64,000 bases of DNA, taken from the NCBI GenBank assembly GCA_002869225.1, contig PKTG01000064.1:5097-69096 (forward strand), written 5' to 3'. The notes beneath the pieces are model-generated. The model saw only the letters and a list, made by a program, of their open reading frames with translations, ran no database searches and had not been told where the DNA came from. Numbering within the stretch: the stretch's first letter is position 1; each line of letters opens with the position of its first letter. The stretch is from Candidatus Muiribacterium halophilum. GTDB taxonomy: Bacteria > Muiribacteriota > Muiribacteriia > Muiribacteriales > Muiribacteriaceae. The position numbers were made by a program, and so were the translations under genes. Shown one piece after another: positions 53,527 to 63,997 of this stretch.

Positions 53527-54276
53527 TTATTGTTCGTCTGCAAGATTTATCTGTATAAATGATCTTTCATATTGGATCTCTGTCTTCTGATAATAAGCTT
53601 CTTCTATCCCTTTATCTTCCATGACTTCTTCCGTCTTATCCTCTGAAGGTGCAAACCTTTCCTCAAGACCCTTCATAGTCTTATCATAGGTCATTTTAAT
53701 CACATCCTTTAAAGGATCATTATCCTTTATAAAAGGTTGAAGCATTGAAAGCGCTTGATTAAAACCACTTAAAATATTTCCTTTTGCCCATTCAAGAAAC
53801 TTTTTAGGATCCTTCTGTTCCATATCAGAGTATTTATCATCTTTATTAATAAGATTATATACAGCATCAGCATACTTGATCAATCTGTCGGATACCTCAT
53901 CACTACCCCAGTCTCCTAACATATCATCCAATTTTTCCGCTTCAGATTTAGTTGGATCGACTGGAAGTTTTGATGTCTTTTCCCATATCGCCTGATAGGT
54001 AAGCTTATAACTTTCTTTACCCATAATGATCTCATTTCCCTGATCATCAACAAACTTTGCGTATGTCTTTTCACTTACCATGCTGAAAGCTTCATAATAC
54101 TGACCTGTCTTTTTTGCCAGATCAGATATATCAGCATCCTGTATCTGTGAAAATAATTTTGATAGTGAATCGCTTTTTTCATCTTTATTAATAGTAGATG
54201 GGCTTTTCTTTTTCATCAGTTCATACATATTCTTAAAAGCATTCACACCATTGGAACCACTCATTCCTTGAGTCAT
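53527..54276 (-). CDS. hypothetical protein adjacent to the flagellar cluster
   Basis: ATG at 54276 preceded by GGGAGG with a 5-nt spacer (the track ORF starts at a TTG at 54330). No family recognised. Confidence 0.5.
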   Translation of the reverse strand: MTQGMSGSNGVNAFKNMYELMKKKSPSTINKDEKSDSLSKLFSQIQDADISDLAKKTGQYYEAFSMVSEKTYAKFVDDQGNEIIMGKESYKLTYQAIWEKTSKLPVDPTKSEAEKLDDMLGDWGSDEVSDRLIKYADAVYNLINKDDKYSDMEQKDPKKFLEWAKGNILSGFNQALSMLQPFIKDNDPLKDVIKMTYDKTMKGLEERFAPSEDKTEEVMEDKGIEEAYYQKTEIQYERSFIQINLADEQ

Positions 54277-54395
54277 ATTTACCTCCCTGTACCGTTCTTT
54301 AAAATCACCATAACAAATTACTATCGGCAACAGGTAATTTTTACTTTAACTTTTATTGATTTTTTTTTTTAAAACTTAACCTTTAAAATAGAAAA

Positions 54396-55934
54396 ATGAA
54401 AAAAAGATTATTTATTATATTGCTTTTTTGCATGTTTATAAAAGGCTTTTCTATATCTACTATCTCAGGTAGAAATTCCTTTTTCATAAAGTCAGGAAAT
54501 AGCCAAAGAAAAAAGATCGATAATTCTCTTTTTTTTAACGCCTATCATAATCAGGATAAACTTAAACTAAAACTTGAATATGATGACGAACACAAAGAAG
54601 ATAATGGAATAATAAATCTCAAGCTTGAATACGATGAAAAGATAAAATACGGTTTTTATTATGAAAAAAACATCTTCTTTTATAACAACAGTAGATATCA
54701 CGGACTATCATATGAAGACAATGATACTAATATAATCGGAGGTTGGTATACAGGTCAAAGAACATACGAAAGTCTTACGCTTGGAGATAAGCGAAATATC
54801 TTTCTAAAAAATACTGATCTAATAGAAAATACCGAGACAATTACAGTAAACGGCAGAAAGATAGAAAAAAACATTGATTATTATATAGATTATCCATCAG
54901 GCATAATAAATCTATTACCATTATTTCCCTATAAATCAATAATAAAGATCTCTTATTCCTATAATGATCCATCAAATAAAAACAAATCCTACTTTTCATT
55001 AAATAAACAGTTTAATGATTTTAATTATAGTATAATAGAAAATATAAACACTGCTTCTTTAAAAAAAGATAACATTGAATTTAAGTATTGGTTTAACAAA
55101 GAAGAAAATTCGATTTACGGTTCTGGTTTAAAATACGTCAACAATGATCTTATTATCAAGTATAATAAGGATAATAAAGACAATAACAATAATTTCACCG
55201 GTATTCTTCCTGAATGGAGTCTTAATACAAAGACATTTAATATAGATGTCTTTGATACATACGAGTGCTATTATGTAAAACTCGATCCTTTAATAGATAT
55301 TGGTCTCCTAAGCTCTGACAACAATTCTTTTTACACCAATATACACGGACCAAAAAACAGGTTTTATTTTGATTCACATCTTCTTAAAGAAAACAACAAA
55401 GGATTATCCACAGAAAGTTATTTTTCTTTTAAGATAAAGAAAAACCTGCGTTTCTTTCAAAAAGACTTTTATAAAGAAGGAAAGCCATTTGATCGAGAAC
55501 GAAACCTTGTGTTCTTTAACACAGACTTAATAATCAATGGTAGTTATATAAATGGCACCTCGTCTTTGAAAATGACTCAGAAAAAAGGCAGAATAAAAAA
55601 AGCAATAACATTACTTTCAAATAAAAAACCTATAATGGAAATCAGTTATAGAGACAACAGATACTCTTCCATTATAACCTATGATGATTCTATATTTATA
55701 AGAAGCTCTGTGTCAATGGATGACATTATTCTATCCTATGAGAAAAGACAAAATCAGAAAGACCTTTACCGATTTGATATTCGAAATATATATTTTAGGA
55801 TGACATTCTCATATTCAGAAAAAATTGAAGAATCCACATCAATTGATATTCCTGTTAATGAAAATACAATAAATCTCGAATATGATGCGATTCAAAATAC
55901 AGGAAAATATTCCTATGTTGTCAACATAAGATAA
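54396..55934 (+). CDS. hypothetical secreted protein (N/K/Y-rich)
   Basis: Signal peptide MKKRLFIILLFCMFIKGFS, then a long uninterrupted ORF. No family recognised. Confidence 0.5.
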   Translation: MKKRLFIILLFCMFIKGFSISTISGRNSFFIKSGNSQRKKIDNSLFFNAYHNQDKLKLKLEYDDEHKEDNGIINLKLEYDEKIKYGFYYEKNIFFYNNSRYHGLSYEDNDTNIIGGWYTGQRTYESLTLGDKRNIFLKNTDLIENTETITVNGRKIEKNIDYYIDYPSGIINLLPLFPYKSIIKISYSYNDPSNKNKSYFSLNKQFNDFNYSIIENINTASLKKDNIEFKYWFNKEENSIYGSGLKYVNNDLIIKYNKDNKDNNNNFTGILPEWSLNTKTFNIDVFDTYECYYVKLDPLIDIGLLSSDNNSFYTNIHGPKNRFYFDSHLLKENNKGLSTESYFSFKIKKNLRFFQKDFYKEGKPFDRERNLVFFNTDLIINGSYINGTSSLKMTQKKGRIKKAITLLSNKKPIMEISYRDNRYSSIITYDDSIFIRSSVSMDDIILSYEKRQNQKDLYRFDIRNIYFRMTFSYSEKIEESTSIDIPVNENTINLEYDAIQNTGKYSYVVNIR

Positions 55935-55995
55935 AAAGATTTCTGAACGGATAAGAAGAAGGCAGGTAAGCCTTCTCCGTGAACATCATACCCTT

Positions 55996-56187
55996 TTAGG
56001 CATAAAAATCCACATTTTTACCAAGTGGAGAGCTCTGCTGGATTCCCTGCATTGACTCAACCAGAGAAGATAGCAGATCACTCGAAGTCTTTTCCGAAAG
56101 ATCTAAAGACTTCTTAAGCATGTTAACCTGTATACTGTTTTGAACTCCACCTGATTGTAGCTGGTTCAAATCACCTGCTATTCTCAT
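55996..56187 (-). CDS. YjfB-like putative motility protein
   Basis: About 63 aa. ...SIQVNMLKKSLDLSEKTSSDLLSSL....PLGKNVDFYA matches the YjfB (PF14070) pattern. AGGTGA lies 5 nt upstream of ATG 56187. Confidence 0.65.
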   Translation of the reverse strand: MRIAGDLNQLQSGGVQNSIQVNMLKKSLDLSEKTSSDLLSSLVESMQGIQQSSPLGKNVDFYA

Positions 56188-56280
56188 ATATATCACCTGC
56201 CTTCGAATTCCTATCGTCTTTTTTCAAATCAAACTTTAGCTAAACTTGTGTAAAAACTAAATCAGTTGTATCATTTATCT

Positions 56281-57792
56281 ATGAATCTAAGACATAAAAA
56301 AAATATTATATTTTTAACTACTTTGGCTATTGCATTTATTCTCCCTTTCCTTTTAAAAAACACACTAAATATTAAAAAAAGATCAATTCAGGATGTAATG
56401 AATTCAAAGATAATAGCTGAAAACTCTATCTATCGTCTTATGTCTAATATAAGATCCAGGGATTCTTTTTTCATCAAAAAAAATATACTGGATGACCTAA
56501 AATACTCTGAAAGAATTGATAATGCAAAAGTTTCACTCGAGATAAAGAAGAAGACAGAGTTTGCTCCTTTTTTTAATCAGGGCTATTTTTTCTCTGATGA
56601 GACCGGTGGAATGCTTAAGATAAATTCAAAAGTTGGAGGTACTTCTTTAGAGATAATCATTCCTTTTTCCTTTTATAGATATACTTCTCCTTTTTCAGGT
56701 TATTTTTCTTTGTTTATCAAAAACACTCCTTCTGAAAATAAATTAAACAGCGTTCTGAACAACGCATTAGGGGATTCACTAAACAATGTCATACCAACAC
56801 GAATATTTTCATCTGATTCATTGGTATTTCTCGGAAACAGAAAAAGAATAATCTTAAATCTTGCAAATGGTTCTGGAAAATATGGTGAAGGATTTATTTT
56901 ACCGGATCAGACTTTTAAAGATGGAATATTAAAATATTATTTTGGTTCAAGTGCTGGCATTAAAAGTCATAACGCATTTGAAAATTATAAATTTTCAAAA
57001 AAAGAATATTATTCATCAATATTTCATCTTTCAGGAAATATTCTCAAACCTTCTAATCCAAGACTTATAGGTGATATTTTTAAAGGATATTTTTATATTG
57101 GTGCTCTTAGTGAAAAAAAAGAAGATGTGGAAAACGCTCTTATACTTCCATATGCTAATATGCCAGCTGGTCTACCTAAAAAGATCATTGATGATTACAG
57201 TTCATATATGTCAAAATATCAGATATCCAAATACAATAATAATACAACCGAAGAAAAAGAGTTTGATTTTAAAAACAAATTTGACCGAGGTAGACATCTT
57301 CAAATCGACAATCTTAACGAGACTGCATTTTTTTCAGAAAGGATAACTGTCAGAAAAAAAGATCTTTCATCTTACATCCAATCTAATGGTTTTAATAATA
57401 TACTTGATCTTAAAAAAGAAATATTATTCCTCGATTCTGATATAACTTATATACCTTTTATCAATATAGTAAAAAATGGTGGAGTTATAATGGCAACAAA
57501 CGATATTTATATAGATACTATAAAGAATCCTTTAGAAAAACCTCTTACTTTAATATCACTTAATGGAAAGATCCTCATAGGTGGAGAAGTACATGCCTCT
57601 TTGATCACAATGTCTCCTAATGGGGGGATCGAAGGAACTTATAAAAGAAAAAAAACAATAGAAGGAAATCTGATATGTTCTAATTTCAATTCGGATTCTT
57701 TCAAAACTGGTCTAGACATATTCTATACACCAATTTACTCAAAACCTTATTACAACTTCAAATTAATACCCAGACTCAGGGCTGCTTATTAA
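56281..57792 (+). CDS. hypothetical protein with one N-terminal TM helix
   Basis: MNLRHKKNIIFLTTLAIAFILPFLL, then about 470 aa with no recognised family. ATG at 56281 (track TTG at 56266). Confidence 0.5.
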   Translation: MNLRHKKNIIFLTTLAIAFILPFLLKNTLNIKKRSIQDVMNSKIIAENSIYRLMSNIRSRDSFFIKKNILDDLKYSERIDNAKVSLEIKKKTEFAPFFNQGYFFSDETGGMLKINSKVGGTSLEIIIPFSFYRYTSPFSGYFSLFIKNTPSENKLNSVLNNALGDSLNNVIPTRIFSSDSLVFLGNRKRIILNLANGSGKYGEGFILPDQTFKDGILKYYFGSSAGIKSHNAFENYKFSKKEYYSSIFHLSGNILKPSNPRLIGDIFKGYFYIGALSEKKEDVENALILPYANMPAGLPKKIIDDYSSYMSKYQISKYNNNTTEEKEFDFKNKFDRGRHLQIDNLNETAFFSERITVRKKDLSSYIQSNGFNNILDLKKEILFLDSDITYIPFINIVKNGGVIMATNDIYIDTIKNPLEKPLTLISLNGKILIGGEVHASLITMSPNGGIEGTYKRKKTIEGNLICSNFNSDSFKTGLDIFYTPIYSKPYYNFKLIPRLRAAY

Positions 57793-58744
57793 AAAATAAT
57801 TCAATCTCTCTTTTTAAAATATCAAGATCCTGTTCCTGAAGATGTTTACCAAACCTATCAAAAGAAAATCTCATACCAGGTATAAAATCCTCTTTATAGT
57901 CTTTTGACTTAAATACCTTCTGATCCTTTGATTTAGGTCCAAAATAAGCAACAGATGTAGGTCCAAATATTGCAAATAGTCTTTGGGTATGTGCTGCGGC
58001 TACATGCATAGGACCGCTGTCAAAACATATGCAACCTCTTGCTCTTTCAGCAATGTAAGCCCATTTCACAATAGAATCTATTTCAACTATATCAATATCA
58101 TCAAAGACAAGGTTATCAAAGGGCGACTTCACTATTATGATATCTTCCATATCTTTTTTTAACATCAGTATAAGTTCATGCAATCTCTTCATAGGAAGTT
58201 TTTTCATATAAGAACCACCTATATGAAAAAGCAGCTTACCTTCAACTTTTCTCTTTAAACTTTCTTTTGTATTCTCTTCGATGGTCCCGGTATATAGCTT
58301 AATATAATCCGATTCACCACTTACCCTATAATCAAAAGCATGTCCAAGCATAAGTCTGTTTCTTTTCATTATATGTATATCATAATGATACATAAGATGC
58401 TTTATTGAAGATTGATATCTTCCACGAACAAAATACATCAGAAATCTTTCAACTATATGATCACGAAAATTATATATCCTATCAAAGGAAACTTTATTAA
58501 GTTGCCAGATTGTTTTGATTATCTCAAATACACCTGAACTTTTTTCATAATGGTTGGTTGAATGAGAAAGACTGAGAGTGAATATCTCATCTACAAGCTG
58601 AGAACTTTGAAATATATCATAGGTATTTTTCTTACATAACACGCTTATTTTTGAATGTGGAAATTTTGACTTAAACTCTTTTATTGCTGGTAATGTAAGA
58701 AAACAATCTCCTATATGATCAAGTCTTATAAAAAGTACTTTCAT
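57776..58744 (-). CDS. glycosyltransferase family 9 (heptosyltransferase-like)
   Basis: MKVLFIRLDHIGDCFLTLPAIKEFK N-terminus and C-terminal DSGPMHVAAA motif. Confidence 0.8.
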   Translation of the reverse strand: MKVLFIRLDHIGDCFLTLPAIKEFKSKFPHSKISVLCKKNTYDIFQSSQLVDEIFTLSLSHSTNHYEKSSGVFEIIKTIWQLNKVSFDRIYNFRDHIVERFLMYFVRGRYQSSIKHLMYHYDIHIMKRNRLMLGHAFDYRVSGESDYIKLYTGTIEENTKESLKRKVEGKLLFHIGGSYMKKLPMKRLHELILMLKKDMEDIIIVKSPFDNLVFDDIDIVEIDSIVKWAYIAERARGCICFDSGPMHVAAAHTQRLFAIFGPTSVAYFGPKSKDQKVFKSKDYKEDFIPGMRFSFDRFGKHLQEQDLDILKREIELFFNKQP

Positions 58745-58748
58745 AATA

Positions 58749-59963
58749 CTACTTTCCAATTTTCAGATAATCCATAGCGCTAATAGGTTGAGGCATACTC
58801 ACCTGTTTCTGTGCACTTTGAATATCCTTAAGACCGTTTCCAGTTATAAGAATAAGATCTTTTTGTTTTGAATTATTTTTTTTTTTAAAACTCTTCCATC
58901 CGGCATATGCACATGCAGCTGCCGGTTCTGAAAACACTCCACTTGAGCTTGCAAGTTCCTGCATTGCATCCAGTATACTCTTATCACTTACTTTTACACT
59001 ATCTCCATTATAACGTTTAAGAAAATCAACAGCCATTATACTGTTTCTCGGAGCCTGTACAAGAATACTATCGGCAAGTGTAGAAGCTTTAGGATCATTT
59101 ACTATCTCTCCGCCTCTTTTGTATGCATCTGCAATCACGGAACTTCCTTCAGCCTGACATGCAACTATTTTGGGCATCTTATTTAAGATACCAACTTTCA
59201 AAAGATCTTCTAAACCTTTATATACTCCTGAAATTATCACACCATCTCCAACAGGTATGAAGATATTATCAGGCATATCATTTCTGAACACATCAAAAAT
59301 CTCATATGCTGAAGATTTCTTCCCTTCTACAGTAAAAGGATTATATGCTGTATTTCTATTAAAATAACCTCTTTCCTCTGTTAATCTCAACGATAATTCA
59401 AAAGCATCGTCATAAGTTCCTTTTACTCTGACAACATCTGCACCAAACATAAGCATCTGTGTTATCTTTGCCTGTGGAGCATTTTCAGGAACACATAGAA
59501 TACATTTAAGACCTCTTAAGGAGGAAGCTATACATGCAAGAGAGGAAGCTGCATTACCTGTAGATGCAGCCACTATTGTATTTACACCATAATCTAGAGC
59601 TTTTGCAGCGGTAAGCAAGGAAGCCCTATCTTTATATGAACAACTCGGATTTCTTGTATCATCAAATATATATAGATCTTCTGATAGCTTATGAATCGGA
59701 GAATTCCCAACATCCAGTCTGGAAACATTATCAATTTCTTTTACAGGAAAAAGCTCATAATATTTAAAGAAATCTCTATTACCTTTATTTGAAAAGATGT
59801 TTTTTGCTTTGCTTTTAAACTCTTCAATATCGTATCTTATAAAAAGCACACCTCTTGTTTCGCAACCCGGCTTTTGTTCACTTGAACAATCAGGACAGAC
59901 ATACATCATCTCGTCTCCAGAAAACGTCTTTTTACATTCTGAGCATTCGTAATAAAAATTCAT
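58749..59963 (-). CDS. thrC: threonine synthase with N-terminal Zn-ribbon
   Basis: CSECKK...CPDC ribbon, PLP-lysine motif SYKDRAS and GNAASSLA. It ends with a genuine TAG stop. Confidence 0.85.
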   Translation of the reverse strand: MNFYYECSECKKTFSGDEMMYVCPDCSSEQKPGCETRGVLFIRYDIEEFKSKAKNIFSNKGNRDFFKYYELFPVKEIDNVSRLDVGNSPIHKLSEDLYIFDDTRNPSCSYKDRASLLTAAKALDYGVNTIVAASTGNAASSLACIASSLRGLKCILCVPENAPQAKITQMLMFGADVVRVKGTYDDAFELSLRLTEERGYFNRNTAYNPFTVEGKKSSAYEIFDVFRNDMPDNIFIPVGDGVIISGVYKGLEDLLKVGILNKMPKIVACQAEGSSVIADAYKRGGEIVNDPKASTLADSILVQAPRNSIMAVDFLKRYNGDSVKVSDKSILDAMQELASSSGVFSEPAAACAYAGWKSFKKKNNSKQKDLILITGNGLKDIQSAQKQVSMPQPISAMDYLKIGK

Positions 59964-60003
59964 TTTTACTCCTTTATTGTAAAGTAGGGATTAGGTCTGC
60001 CCG

Positions 60004-60038
60004 TTTTTACCCTTTTCGCTTCACGCTTTACGTTAAAC
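60004..60038. repeat. in-phase heptamer array (5 units) TTTTTAC CCTTTTC GCTTCAC GCTTTAC GTTAAAC
   Basis: Read directly. It is the reverse complement of the GTRAAGC word family and lies between nadK and thrC. Confidence 0.75.
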
Positions 60039-60053
60039 ATCCCCTTTTTACTG

Positions 60054-60875
60054 TTATTTCAATAGTTTTTCCTTAACAACATTATAAAAATTGGTCTCTC
60101 CAAATCTCATTATCTTCAAAGGTTCTTTGTTTCGTGTGATAACGGTATAACTGTTCTGTTTTAATCTTTTTACAGTCTGTCCATCAACAGTAAGAATACT
60201 TTCCTTCATTCTGAGTGGATCAAATACGACTTTTATCTCATCTTCCGGTGTACATATTATAGTCCTTGCATGAAGTGAATGAGGACAAAGTGGTGTGATT
60301 ACAATAGCATCAAGCTCAGGAGATACAATTGGACCACCAGCTGAAAGTGAATATGCTGTCGATCCTGATGGAGTCGAGATTATTATTCCATCACCATGAT
60401 AGGTCTCTACCTTTTGACCATTTATATATAATGATAGTTTCATAACCCTTGCAATAATCTCTCTTGATAGGACAGCATCGTTTATAGCTATATTTGTATC
60501 TATCTTTTTTTCATCACAGAAGGTCTCAATATTTAATACAGAACGTTTTATAATAGAGAAATCTTTTTTCTGAAGGCGATCGAGACAATCCTCCAGATCT
60601 TCTATTCCTATCTCATTTAAAAAGCCAAGTCTTCCAAGGTTAATTCCTGCTATTGGAATATTATTTCTTACCGCACATCTTGCTATTTTCAGAAAAGTGC
60701 CATCTCCACCTACGGATAAAAGATAATCCCAGTCAGAAGATATATGAAGTTCTTTATATTCATCTATTCCGGTTATAGTATTTTCTATATTTCTTCTTGA
60801 AAGAGATCTAGAAACTTTTTCAGCTACATCTTTACCATCTCTTTTCCCATCGTTGTAGCAGATATTCACTCTCAT
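60054..60875 (-). CDS. nadK: NAD kinase
   Basis: GGDGTFL, NLGRLGFL and TPSGSTAYSLSAGGPIV motifs. Confidence 0.9.
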   Translation of the reverse strand: MRVNICYNDGKRDGKDVAEKVSRSLSRRNIENTITGIDEYKELHISSDWDYLLSVGGDGTFLKIARCAVRNNIPIAGINLGRLGFLNEIGIEDLEDCLDRLQKKDFSIIKRSVLNIETFCDEKKIDTNIAINDAVLSREIIARVMKLSLYINGQKVETYHGDGIIISTPSGSTAYSLSAGGPIVSPELDAIVITPLCPHSLHARTIICTPEDEIKVVFDPLRMKESILTVDGQTVKRLKQNSYTVITRNKEPLKIMRFGETNFYNVVKEKLLK

Positions 60876-61667
60876 TCAGACCTCCTCCAAAAGAGCTTTC
60901 TGAATCATATCATCTAATTTCAACACATCATTTTCTTTTTTAATATTTCTAAAATATACAAGAAACTCTCTGTTTCCCTTTGTTCCTTTTATACCTGAAT
61001 TATCAATTGCTAATATCTCAACATGTAATTGATCCAGAAAATCTACCATCTCTTTGAGTATCTTCTCATGTACTTTACTATCTTTTATAATACCTTTTTT
61101 TCCAATATCTTTTCTTTGAGCTTCGAATTGCGGCTTTATAAGAAAGATTAGTTCTCCATCTTCTTTTACATATCTTAAAGCATTTGGGATTATCTTCTTT
61201 ATTGATATAAATGATACATCACAGACTGCCATATCAAAAAAACCAAGCAGAGAATCATCATCAAAATATCTAAAATTCACCTTCTCAAGGTTTACGACTT
61301 TTTCATGATCTCTAAGCGACATATCAAGTTGTCCATAACCAACATCGATTGCATAGACTATCTCAGCTTTTTCTTCAAGACTATATTGTGTGAAACCACC
61401 GGTTGAAGCTCCGATATCTATTATCTTCTTATCTGAAAAATCCAGTCCAAAAGATTCTTTTGCTTTTTTCAGCTTTAAAGCTCCTCTTGATACATAAGGG
61501 AAAGGTTCGACTACCTTTATTTCAACATCCTCCGATATCTTCTCTCCCGATTTCGACTTTCTTTGACCATTTACGTAGACTCTTCCGGCCATAATATCAG
61601 CCTGAGCTCTGGTCCTTGTATTAAAAAATCCTTTTTCTACCAGTAATAAATCAAGCCTTTTTTTCAT
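60876..61667 (-). CDS. tlyA: TlyA-family rRNA (cytidine-2'-O)-methyltransferase
   Basis: N-terminal S4 domain ([19 protein letters not shown]), FtsJ-type DIGASTGGFT and DVSFIS. Confidence 0.9.
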   Translation of the reverse strand: MKKRLDLLLVEKGFFNTRTRAQADIMAGRVYVNGQRKSKSGEKISEDVEIKVVEPFPYVSRGALKLKKAKESFGLDFSDKKIIDIGASTGGFTQYSLEEKAEIVYAIDVGYGQLDMSLRDHEKVVNLEKVNFRYFDDDSLLGFFDMAVCDVSFISIKKIIPNALRYVKEDGELIFLIKPQFEAQRKDIGKKGIIKDSKVHEKILKEMVDFLDQLHVEILAIDNSGIKGTKGNREFLVYFRNIKKENDVLKLDDMIQKALLEEV

Positions 61668-63519
61668 ATTTCTGTATAAAACCCTTTATCTTATCAACAG
61701 TAAATCCAAGATCATCTCTTAAGATCTTCTGAGCACCGTGTTCAACAAAGCCATCTTCGATTCCTTTAAGAATGATTCGAGGTCTTTCTGTCTTATCAGC
61801 AAAATATTCAGCAACTGCACTACCAAGTCCACCTATTCTGGAATTATCCTCATATACTATAATAGTGTGATGTTGTCTAATTATTATATCAAGTGTCTGT
61901 GTATCCAAAGGTTTGATAAATTTAAAATCATATACACTATTTTGTGTTCCTTCACATGCTTTTAATGCATTTTTAGATATATATCCACAGGAAAGTATAG
62001 CTATTCCCTTTCCTTCCTTTAGGCATTCAGCTTTTCCTATCTCAAGTGGAGCAACCTCTTCTGAAAGTGTAGAAGTATCAGCAGCACCTCTTGAATATCT
62101 TATAGCAAATGGCCCATCCTTATACTCAACAGCGCTTTTCATAAGCCTCTTTAACTCCTGAGCATCTCTTGGTGTTGAGACAATCATTCCTGGAACGGTT
62201 CTCATATATGAAAGATCAAATGTACCATGATGTGTTGCGCCATCCTCGCCTACTACTCCTGCTCTATCCATTAAAAATATTACAGGAAGTCTTTGAAGTG
62301 CTACATCATGCATTATCTGATCATATGCTCTCTGCATAAAAGTAGAGTATATACATACCAGTGGGATCTTTCCTCCTGCGGCAAGAGCTGCTGCAAAAGT
62401 TGGAGCATGTTCCTCTGATATACCTATATCAAAGAATCTTTCAGGAAAATCTTCCGAAAATGTACTTGTTCCGGTTCCATCCGGCATAGCTGCTGTAATA
62501 ACATTTATATCAAGGTTTTCCCTTCCAAGATGAACCATATAATCACCATCTACGCTTGTAAAGGAAGTACTGCTCTTGCTTTTCTTTTCACCTGTCTCTA
62601 TATCAAATGGGCCAACCCCATGAAACTTTGATGGTTCCCTTTCAGCAGGTTGATAACCTTTTCCTTTCACCGTTGTTATATGAAGGAGCTTAAGTCCCTT
62701 TATCTTTTCAAGTCTTTTTAAGGTATCGTTAAGTTCTACAAGATCATGACCATTTATAGGTCCATAATAATCCCAACCTAGATGAAGGAAAAAAGCTCCA
62801 GGATCTATCACGGTCTTTACTCCAGTTGAGACTCTATCCATAACACTTACCATGTTTCTACCTATTGCAGGTATCTTAGATACTAGTATCTCGACATCAT
62901 CTCTTAATCTATTGTAGATAGGATCAGTCCTTAGTTTATTAAAATACCTCGAAAGAGCGCCAACATTTGGAGAGATACTCATCTCGTTATCATTTAGTAT
63001 GACAGTAATATCAAGATCTTTTATATGAGCTGCCTGATTCATAGCCTCAAAAGGCATACCCGATGAAATTGATCCATCTCCGATTATTGCGACAACTTTT
63101 TTATCTTCACTATTTTGTCTATTTGCGACTGCATATCCAAGCGCTGCTGAGATTGAAGTGGATGAATGACCTACTCCGAAAGCATCATGTTCACTCTCGC
63201 TCATCTTTGGGAATCCGGAGACTCCTTTATATTGCCTCAACGTTCTGAACTCATCTATTCTTCCTGTCAGTATCTTATGTGAATAAGCCTGATGACCAAC
63301 ATCCCAAATTATCTTATCTTTCGGTGAATCAAAAAGGTGATGAAGACAGATTGCCAGTTCGACAGTTCCAAGACTTGATGCAAGATGGCCCCCATTCTCA
63401 CTGACTACTTCTATTATGTATTTTCTCAATAGTTCACTTAATTCTCTCATCCTTCTAATACTAAGATTCTTTATATCTTCAATAAGTTCTTTCATTCTCA
63501 AAATATCATTCTCAAGCAT
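61651..63519 (-). CDS. dxs: 1-deoxy-D-xylulose-5-phosphate synthase
   Basis: [28 protein letters not shown], the IGDGS TPP motif and GEDGATHHG. Confidence 0.95.
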   Translation of the reverse strand: MLENDILRMKELIEDIKNLSIRRMRELSELLRKYIIEVVSENGGHLASSLGTVELAICLHHLFDSPKDKIIWDVGHQAYSHKILTGRIDEFRTLRQYKGVSGFPKMSESEHDAFGVGHSSTSISAALGYAVANRQNSEDKKVVAIIGDGSISSGMPFEAMNQAAHIKDLDITVILNDNEMSISPNVGALSRYFNKLRTDPIYNRLRDDVEILVSKIPAIGRNMVSVMDRVSTGVKTVIDPGAFFLHLGWDYYGPINGHDLVELNDTLKRLEKIKGLKLLHITTVKGKGYQPAEREPSKFHGVGPFDIETGEKKSKSSTSFTSVDGDYMVHLGRENLDINVITAAMPDGTGTSTFSEDFPERFFDIGISEEHAPTFAAALAAGGKIPLVCIYSTFMQRAYDQIMHDVALQRLPVIFLMDRAGVVGEDGATHHGTFDLSYMRTVPGMIVSTPRDAQELKRLMKSAVEYKDGPFAIRYSRGAADTSTLSEEVAPLEIGKAECLKEGKGIAILSCGYISKNALKACEGTQNSVYDFKFIKPLDTQTLDIIIRQHHTIIVYEDNSRIGGLGSAVAEYFADKTERPRIILKGIEDGFVEHGAQKILRDDLGFTVDKIKGFIQKYEKKA

Positions 63520-63997
63520 CTTTATCCTCCTTCATGAGCAGACAGACAGCATGAGCTTTTATACCCAGACAGTTTCCTGTAAAACCCATATATTCTTCCG
63601 TAGTGGCTTTGACTCCAACTTTATCAATCTCTATTTTAAGCACTGCTGCGATATTTTTTCTCATATCATCAATATAGCTTGCTAATTTAGGTCTCTGTGC
63701 CATTATTACGCTATCTATATTCAATACATTATATCCTTTTTCCCTTATAAGATTATAGACTTTTTCAAGAAGTAACAAACTATCTATCCCCTTGAAACTA
63801 TTATCATCATCCGGGAAATACTTTCCAATATCGCCTAATGCTAAAGCGCCGAGCATAGCATCCATTATAGCATGAACCAGAACATCCGCATCAGAATGTC
63901 CTAAAAGGCCTTTTTTAAAAGGAATCTTGACACCTCCAAGAATAAGTTCACGACCTTCTACAAGTCTATGTACATCATATCCTGTTCCTATTCTCAT
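63512..63997 (-). CDS. ispF: 2-C-methyl-D-erythritol 2,4-cyclodiphosphate synthase
   Basis: [12 protein letters not shown]...[15 protein letters not shown] family signature. 161 aa, complete. Confidence 0.95.
   Translation of the reverse strand: MRIGTGYDVHRLVEGRELILGGVKIPFKKGLLGHSDADVLVHAIMDAMLGALALGDIGKYFPDDDNSFKGIDSLLLLEKVYNLIREKGYNVLNIDSVIMAQRPKLASYIDDMRKNIAAVLKIEIDKVGVKATTEEYMGFTGNCLGIKAHAVCLLMKEDKDA

Noticed and set aside
11719-58751. Alternative genetic code (for example UGA=Gly as in code 25, or TAG reassignment) as the explanation for the in-frame stops.
   Set aside because: Under the standard code the window has long intact ORFs, including a 2,782-codon one. TGA, TAG and TAA each terminate conserved genes at their expected C-termini: yqaA and DUF4126 with TGA, thrC with TAG, and many genes with TAA. 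A reassigned codon would appear many times inside genes, not once or twice.
230-60038. CRISPR array or classical REP palindromes as the identity of the short repeats.
   Set aside because: Units are 7-8 nt, contiguous and degenerate, with no spacers and no 25-40-nt repeats. No cas genes are present. The arrays are direct rather than palindromic, unlike REP.
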